Below, piece by piece: positions 55,633-64,000 of a stretch of 64,000 nucleotides of DNA; within the stretch, counting starts at the first letter, position 1, and every line of letters starts with the position of its first letter. This DNA is from Chrysomallon squamiferum (lineage: Eukaryota; Animalia; Mollusca). The DNA lies in NCBI GenBank assembly GCA_012295275.1, contig CM022671.1, positions 2,542,001 through 2,606,000 of the forward strand. Direction: 5' to 3'. The notes below the pieces were generated by a model that was not told the origin of the DNA, searched no databases, and worked only from the letters and a program-made list of their open reading frames with translations. The position numbers and the translations under genes are program-made.

Positions 55633-58424
55633 TTAGAGAAAATTAATAAATGAAGATGTGCTAACCATTATTACGTGTCTTTTTACTAGTGATAGTTTAG
55701 GAGAGAGAAAATCAATTTCTTGTCTTAACAGAGAAGCAATCATCTACTTTCATCGATTAACATCTACACATTGTTTATAGGCATCGTTCCATAGAAAAGA
55801 AAGAACATATCGCAATAATACTGAATCAAATTCAGCGATATATAAACAAGTATTCATAAAAAATTTCAGTTGGTGAAAGAAGGCAGAATCAATATATTTA
55901 TTTAATCACACATAATTATGAACCATACAGATAGATAATGAATAAGAATTAACATACTTAGCCGTTGATAAATTAATTGCATGTTATTTGTTATAATCTA
56001 AACAGCAAAATATACGCATTGGCAAGGACTGATTCATCAAAACAATACAGATGACACGCGTGATCTAACCAATAGATTTCCTTTTTCTTCCCCTGTATTT
56101 TTGTATCTGTGATTCAGTATTTCTGGAGAAATAAAGGATCAAAATCATTTAACATTTTGAAGTATAAACAATTATAAAATACAAAACTATATACAATGAA
56201 TCAGCGAATGTAATAATTTAAAAAACAACAACAAAGACTGTTTTTCCTTAGATATTATTTATTACCACCGAACCATAATAATGTTTTTAATATTATAACA
56301 TTACGTCTAAATGACAAGCATCTATACTCTGTAATGCGTGTAAGAATTCATGTTTTAAGCTTTACTTTATCTCATTTATAATTTTTTAAGTCAGTATCAT
56401 AAATAAAGAAATGTTTCATTATTATTTCGGCATTATCTAAAGCATATGTGTATGTATTTTTGTGCGTGTAGGTATGTGTGTGTTTTTATATATGTATTAT
56501 ATATATAAAACAGGATTTTCAAGTTCAGTTTTGTATAATATATCGTTGTCTTATCCTAGAAGCAATAATTCATTTTCCAATATTACATCAACAGATTTAA
56601 CATAACTACTGAATTAAAAAACCGAGCAGCACAAATTCACAGCTTTCATCTTTGTTTAATGTCACAATGAATTAATCATCTAAATTCACATATCTAAAAA
56701 TTAATAACATTTCACATTTTCTATAAATCTACAAATATCGTGTCTAAACAAGATTAATTTCTAAATATAAAATATTTGAATTTTGTATGCAATTATTATG
56801 TCATAATTATGCAGCACGAATTTTAATTTTTTAAAGTACTGTTTCAACTTTCTATAAGTATTAATATCGTATCTAGATGCAACAAGAGTTCACAAATTTG
56901 AAGTATTGTTACAAAATAAATTCAGGAGCGGATTTGGGATATTAGAACTCTATGGGCGCCAAACCTGCTCTTATCTGTGAGAACAGAATGCACAAATTTT
57001 GTGTTTTGTTTCATTAAATATGAAAGAAGTATTAAAATTTATATGTGACAAAACGAAAAAGTATTAAGTGTTTTATGAACTTCTACAAAGGGGAAATATT
57101 ATATATGAGGCCGGATTTCGGATTTCAAAAACCCCCATTGTGCGCCATAATTATGATAGATATTCCATTCGTGATGAAATGAGTTTCGTATAATTACGAT
57201 ATTTAAATGAAGAGGATTTACAAGTTTAAAGTGTGGTGAAAATAAAAAAATAATTAAATAAATAAAAATAAAATAAATAATAATAACAAAATAAGAAGAA
57301 GAAAATAATTTTTTAAATAATTTTAAAAAAAGCTTTTTTTTATTCTTTCAACTTATAATTTAGGCCATCAGAATGAAAATTTTGCGTAAACACATTTCAG
57401 AACTTAAGTGTCCTTTTTTCATTATTCTGTAATTTTTCATAACAATTTTATTGAGAAAATATTAATTTCTGCTATTAAAGTTTTGATGTAACATACATTT
57501 TATATTATTATGATTTTTATATGGCCAAAGTCTAGTGAAAATTCGAGTTTATTAATTTTGTACTTCAAGGTAACGTCGAAACCAACTTTTCGATAAGGTG
57601 AAATCCGTGCAGTTTAAAAAAATAATAAATGCTTTTTGTGAAAAAAAGAAGAAATTTCGAAGACAAACACTTTCTGGCTATTAATATGGCTGTTTTATTT
57701 TTAATTAAAACTGCATGCTTTCAAAATCATGCTGTAACTATATTGTCATTACACAAACTCACATTATGATTAATTATAGTTATCGGTAAAACCATAAAAT
57801 ATAGAAGAGCGGCATTCGACATTCACATGAAGATTGTATATGGTAAAGAGGTTTTCTCGCAAATGAATGACTTATATAAACCAGTTTGTGCAGTTAAAAA
57901 GTGTAGCAAACTTAGGATTTTAAATTGTAATTACACTGTTGTTTATTTTAAACATGTATATATATATACTCATATGTATACTCATACACATATACATATA
58001 CATATATATATATATATATGGTTCCTAATTGTATTATATTTCTTATAACCATGAAACAGGGTTTTAGATGGTAATATAAATGATTAAATTTGTTAATAAT
58101 TTACACAAATATGCAAAAGTAGGTAAAACGAAATCTTAACTTTTGAATATTCTTATTTCGTGAATGTTCGCTAATACTGTAATAAATGTTATTTTAATGA
58201 ATATATATTTTATGGTTTAAATACATATATAATTATCAATATAGTTTATTAATGTAATGAATAAATGAATACAATCTTGACTAGTGGACAGGTTATTTCT
58301 CTTTACAGAGATTTTATCTTTTTGGAATGTAAGCAAATAATTATGAACAGAAACTAGCAAACATCACAAATTCTTTCATTATCTAATAACAATCGCATCT
58401 TTTTTAAAGTCATGTGACTAGACT

Positions 58425-59592
58425 TTACTTCCTGCAAACTATGACGGGGATGTGTGCATGGTGGAGGATGTAGTCGCTGACGCTGCCTAGGAAAGTACGT
58501 CGCAGTTTGCTGAGTCCTCTGGTTCCAGTGATGATCAGCTGAGCTTGCTCGTCACGAGCAGCTTTCACGATTACCTCCCCTGGATGACCCACGATACTCT
58601 TTACCTTCCCAGAAATCTGAAAATCAAATCAAAATGAAAGTACAGTTTATACTCTGTTACTTTCTGTTGTAACGTCACACTAATTTTCTAACATAATTTT
58701 TTATTGTTGTTGCTGCTGTCGTTGTTGTTGGTGCTGTTGCTGTTATTTATTTATTTATTTATTTATTTTTATTTATTTATTATTATTCAGTTTGTTTTAA
58801 TAGATTAATGAATATCTCTAGGTGGCACTACATCTATTAGTTAAGCGACTGTATTATTAACAGAATGTCCTGTAGTAAAAAGAAAAAATTATAAATATAT
58901 CAAATCCGTTCGTATCGTTTGCTTCCATTTATTTTGAAATAATTTGGCGACACCAAAGTCGAAGTTTCAAACTCATCTGTTGTTTACTTCATTTTTTTTA
59001 GAAGTCCGAAACACTTTCCAAGACCAACAAAATGAATGTGTTTCGTATATATATATATAAAAAAAAAAAAAAAACTAATAATCAAAAATTAAAATATATT
59101 ACATTTATAAAATAAATAAGAGATAAAAACTGGTAGCGTTCTTTACGATATGCTGTGGTGTTGATGAAGATTGTTGGCGTTAAAAAAAATAAATAAATAA
59201 ATAAATAATAACAGTTTTTGTTTATAGTTTTAGCTACGTGACGTCTGGCTTAGAACTGGTTTGCTTTGCTTCCGTTCTGTTTGATAATATAAATATGACG
59301 TCACCAATAGAAACAACGTTATTCGCTGTTTGCTCCAGGTAAGTGAAAAGTATACTCGTAAAATTATTTCAAATGTCATCTTGATACGATGATTATAGTT
59401 CCAATGAATACATTAAATTTATTAACATTTTTAATTACTGGTCAGGATCCATGCCAGTTTGTTATCAAAGAGTCAGTAAATAAATATATTATTCTTAAGA
59501 GGAAAATAATTATCGATACTGGACATTTTATCATACTGAGCATGAAGTTTGAAATATTAATATGTATTTATATTTTTTATTTGTTTTATTTA

Positions 59593-59626
<34 letters not shown>

Positions 59627-61506
59627 GATATATATTAAGTAGGATAAGAATCATGATTATTTAATTTAATTTTCAATCTTCACTGAAAAACAAAACACAT
59701 ACACAAACGGGTTTGTGTGTTGGTATGATTAAAACTAGGTGAAGTCCGATGCATTCCTTCATTGTTCTTGTTTACGCGACTGGGTGCGCAAAGGAGAATT
59801 AGGATATGTTAGTATCATTATTCATTTACGTGTGTGGAGGTTCGGTAAATGCTGCAAAACCTCCTATTGTCATAATTCGCCCCTGAAAATAAACACGTGC
59901 CTAAACATTACCCAGAAAAGAACACATCTCTCATCACATTTTGTTTAATTAGACAAAGAAAGCTTACATCAGCGTCAGTTAACTTCTTCCCTAAATTCTC
60001 GAGAAGTTCTTGTTTTTTCTTCTGTTCTTCCTTCATCTTGCCTGCCACGAGATTGATGTCCTCTCTTTCATGTCCGACTGCGAAAAGAAAGAACATTTCC
60101 TCTTAGATAAATATAACGATGCAGTGAAACTTGAGTGTCTTAATTAAATTGATCTGTTAATGAGAAAAATATAACCGCAGTATTCTGTTATCTGTAATTA
60201 CCAATGTGAAATAATAAATTAATTTGTTAATTGTAACTGTAATGTATCACTGTAGTCATGATAATATTTCGTTATTTATAATCCTTTTAAAGTATCACTG
60301 GAAAACACCAGTGAAATAATTCTTTATCTAAAATCACTTCAACATATCACAAAACTCAGTAAAATGTTCGTTATTTTTAACTATTACAGCAAATCGCTAA
60401 ACACTAATAAATGCTGGTAATCAAAATAGTATCAGAAAAAAAAGGTAAAATATTCTGCCGATGATAACCATTACAACATCAATAAAGAATTCCATTATCT
60501 GTTACAACGTATCATTGGAAAACATCAGTGAAGTATCTTCTTATCGATATTTTAGTCGGGGAATCGTGGGAAACAACAGTTTAGGCGTACGACTTTGCAG
60601 GAGTTCATTTTAATGATTAATGTATTTCACATACATATAAACACGATAATAAATGTACAATAAACACCAGTAACGTATTTCATTTCTGATAACGATAATA
60701 ATATATTAACGGCGTGTTCAGTGTATTTTGTATAAATGATAGAGCCTGAAGAAATTAGTTATGGATTTAAAGTGAAATTACCATGCACCATGTACACATT
60801 GCATGCGAGAAGTCTCTGATATTGGATGAATAGACCAGCTGCAGCATGTTTCACTATTTTAAACAATGTCGGATTTTCCTGCAGAGCAAACTACAAATAC
60901 CTTTATCATGCCATATGTTCATATGTCAATATTTGATACTTTTCTTTGTTTTGTTTGTTTTGTTATTGTTTTGTTCTTTTTTTTTTTTTTTTAACAATAG
61001 ATGCTTATGAATCAACACTGTAAGCACGTCACGTAATGTTTCATACTCCACCTTCAAACATGAAAGGATTTTTAAAAAGGAAAAGTTACACATACGTGGA
61101 AATATATCCATATTTACGAGAATATGCCTATATACAAAGAGACACAGTAATGCATATTTATGCAAATACTAATGAACATATTATTCATATGCATAAGCAT
61201 TCATCGACACAACGTATAAACACTTAGACATACATACAAACATACACATACACGCACCCACAACCATAAATACACACACAAAAACGTTAACGCTCTCACA
61301 TAATACTCATATCAAGTAAAAAATATGGAGCAAGATAATAATATTGCAAATATACAAATATGGAGGATGTTTACTTGCATGCACTTATGCACGTGCGTGT
61401 ACAGAAGCTTGTTAATACAAACCAGAATGATGCATCAATGTCTGATACTCCGGGCAGTGGACTATGACGACGTAATCGTTAGGTTTGTAGACATGTTTCT
61501 TGTACC
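58425..61506 (-). CDS. Universal stress protein paralogue C; first coding exon not found and probably beyond the window
   Basis: Exons 61506-~61423 (donor weak and uncertain), 60077-59968, 58616-58425 (TAA). WYKKHVYKPNDYVVIVHCPEY...ISGKVKSIVGHPGEVIVKAARDEQAQLIITGTRGLSKLRRTFLGSVSDYILHHAHIPVIVCRK. Confidence 0.88.
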
Positions 61507-61695
61507 CTGCAACAAAATGACATTATTATCATTTTACTTTATTCATTTTATTTTATTTTATTTGATTGTTTGTTTTTGTTGTTTGGGTATTTTTTTTTTT
61601 TTCTTTTGTTGCTGCTTCAATATTTACACGTGTGGGTATGTATGCATGCATGTATGTATGTATGTATGTATGTATGTATGTATGTATGTATGTAT

Positions 61696-61745
<50 letters not shown>

Positions 61746-62574
61746 TTTGTTTTAATAGATTACTGAATATCTCTAGGTTGCACTATATCTAGTAGTTTAT
61801 GTATGTATGTATCAATGTACATGTGTAATATAGATTGATATATGTCACAACAGTACAATTTGTAATAAAAAATAAAACAATAACAAATACAAAACGTATT
61901 TCGTCCTTTTTCTTCTTCTTTTAAAAAAAAAATTAAATTAATTAATTAACAAAGAATATCTCGAGGACTCTGGTGAAACATAAACTGAAGATATAGGAGT
62001 GTTTGACACATATCTAGGAAGTTAAAATAAAAAGCCGCAAAGTCAAATAAAAACATGTTTTGACAAAATTTAAAAAAAGAAAAAAATGGTTTAGTTATTT
62101 TTTGGTGTTTTATTTTGTTTCAAACAAGTTTGTATATGCATCTTCATAGAGACAGAAAATTACACAACGCGGCTTTTAATCCACAAGTTATGAGATAATG
62201 GTTAGAACTGGAAATAGACTGATGAAAGAATTATTCTGCAACCGACTACATTTGAGAAGCCGCACTCTTGCCACTGACTACAACCCATACCGTGAGTTTA
62301 GTGTTTGGTTACGTGAACACGTTTAGCTAATCTTGTTTTTACTTGCTGAAGGAAGACGACTTAAAATAACAGACAGAAATAATTCTGAAACCAGAGTGGA
62401 TCGCGGAATTCCACAGTTCTTTCCCAGTGAACTCTGAGATAAAATTAATGAGTTAAGAATGAAATGACGACTAAAAATAAATTATGTTTATACAGCAGAG
62501 ATTTCTTCTTCTTCTTCTTAACTCAGTCCTAATTTCAATCATTTATTTAGAAAACATAAATATAATTCATCACG

Positions 62575-62790
62575 AAGGAAGAAATATTTTCTTCAACACA
62601 TTATTAAGAAACGGATATATGGTGTCATACATATTATACATGAAGCCATTTTGAAATATTTTTTCCAGTAAGCAACAAGTGATATTTTATAAACACACAT
62701 CACGGCTTTTGTATTTGGTTAAGAAAGGACATGGGACAGTGGGCGCGCTGAATAGGAGTGATTCTTAGCCCTCATCTTTAATATTCATCC
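62575..62790 (-). mobile_element. Degenerate SINE copy; another head fragment lies at about 62160-62290
   Basis: gaaggaagaaat tail, caacacatt...ggatatatggtgtca, agcaacaag..tattttata..cacggctttt blocks shared with the other copies. Confidence 0.45.
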
Positions 62791-64000
62791 ACATCGTATC
62801 CCAGAAATCTAGAAACATTATATAGTATTAATAAAGAAAGAGGTAGCTTAAAACCAAATGATAAGAGAAATGATACGTTTGTAATTAAGAGTCAGTAGCT
62901 CAGAGTACACACCTAGATAGATGAATAAAGGGTACGGGATCGTTCTTCTTCAGTGCGCCCTTTGTAAATTTGCTTTCCAATACAGGCGATGATAACTGCA
63001 TATTCAACAGCGCTGATAACATATAATAGTAGTACATGAAATGAGGGCAGTGTGTTTCAAATTTCAAACTGTAATCACATAATTATTATGCAGTTAACTG
63101 TCAATATAATAAAAACTGCGATATAGCAAATACAAATACAGAAACACACACACACAAACAACAACAACAACAACAACAACACAACACAAACATGTAAGTC
63201 GTCTGTATCGGTGGAAACGAACAGAAAATTTTAAATGGGTCAAGAACACGATTAGTTCAGAAAAAGAAACGTGACACTGAGGGGATTATTAAAGACAGAG
63301 TCAAGGCGACAAACTCGTCTACAAGTATTTAAATTTCAAACAAAAACAGCAGCCGTAGTAGGGGGTGGGGGTCGCGAGACTCTCCATTTGCCGTGGACAG
63401 CTACTGATGACAAAATAATATTAAAATGATGTTCTTATTTGCAGTAAATCAGTTAATTATATTGTAATATTAGTAAAAATTTAATGATAACGAAAAGCTA
63501 TATTTCCAGCTATAATTTTAAAACGGTTTATTTCGTTTGCTATATTCGGTATGACAATAACGATAAAATTTGCAGTATTCAGTATAATGTCATGTGACAT
63601 TAAATATACTTCTAAAATAATTAATATGCCGGTATACATAATATAATAATATTACATTAAGACTTTTCTTTAAACAAATCCCCTATTCGGATCCCATTGT
63701 ACATATTGCGAAATACAGTTTGCCGAAATATACATTGGAATTTACTATATATTCAGTAAACCATGTTCGTTAATATTTGAACAGTTGATAATACCAACCC
63801 TAATAGTTTCTTATCCCCGCATATAAATCATTATATAAAACAGAACAAAGTATGTCAGTAAACAGATAGTTAGATAGAGAGATAAACAGACAGTGAGACA
63901 GATGGACGAACAGAGGGATACACAGACAAAAAGAAAATCAAATAAACAGAAACAGACAAGATAAATTTATACTAGTAGAAAGATAGCTACAGACAGACAG

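Noticed and set aside
60292-60545. Two copies of a cactgg-aaaaca-ccagtg hairpin
   Set aside because: Differences between the copies are not compensatory; probably a decayed local duplication.
62230-62295. tRNA gene or the missing USP-C exon 1
   Set aside because: Only an A-box-like SINE head is present; there is no cloverleaf and no USP N-terminal (V/I-x-x-D-x-S) coding sequence.

Overview
AT-rich, intron-rich animal genomic DNA. The spliced universal-stress-protein (USP) genes and repeat content suggest a lophotrochozoan, probably a mollusc; this is an inference. By reading GT-AG exon chains by hand I can assemble nine protein-coding genes. On the + strand: the 3' part of a BICD-related coiled-coil dynein adaptor (BICDL1-like), an intact NEK4-like kinase, a 109-aa putative secreted protein largely missed by the ORF track, and a tandem NEK paralogue that is a predicted pseudokinase (HRD->HRN, catalytic-loop N->S, DFG->NFG). 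On the - strand: HOATZ, NDUFA5 and three tandem USP genes. Mobile DNA includes a decayed Tc1 element with a nested TA-flanked MITE, Kolobok-like and hAT-like MITEs, an LTR-like insert and degenerate tRNA-derived SINEs. The most notable observations are the unrecognised secreted peptide-precursor-like gene, the kinase/pseudokinase pair, candidate microexons, and minisatellites made by amplifying exon boundaries (a splice acceptor, and a stop-codon region). All gene models are manual and unconfirmed by transcript data.
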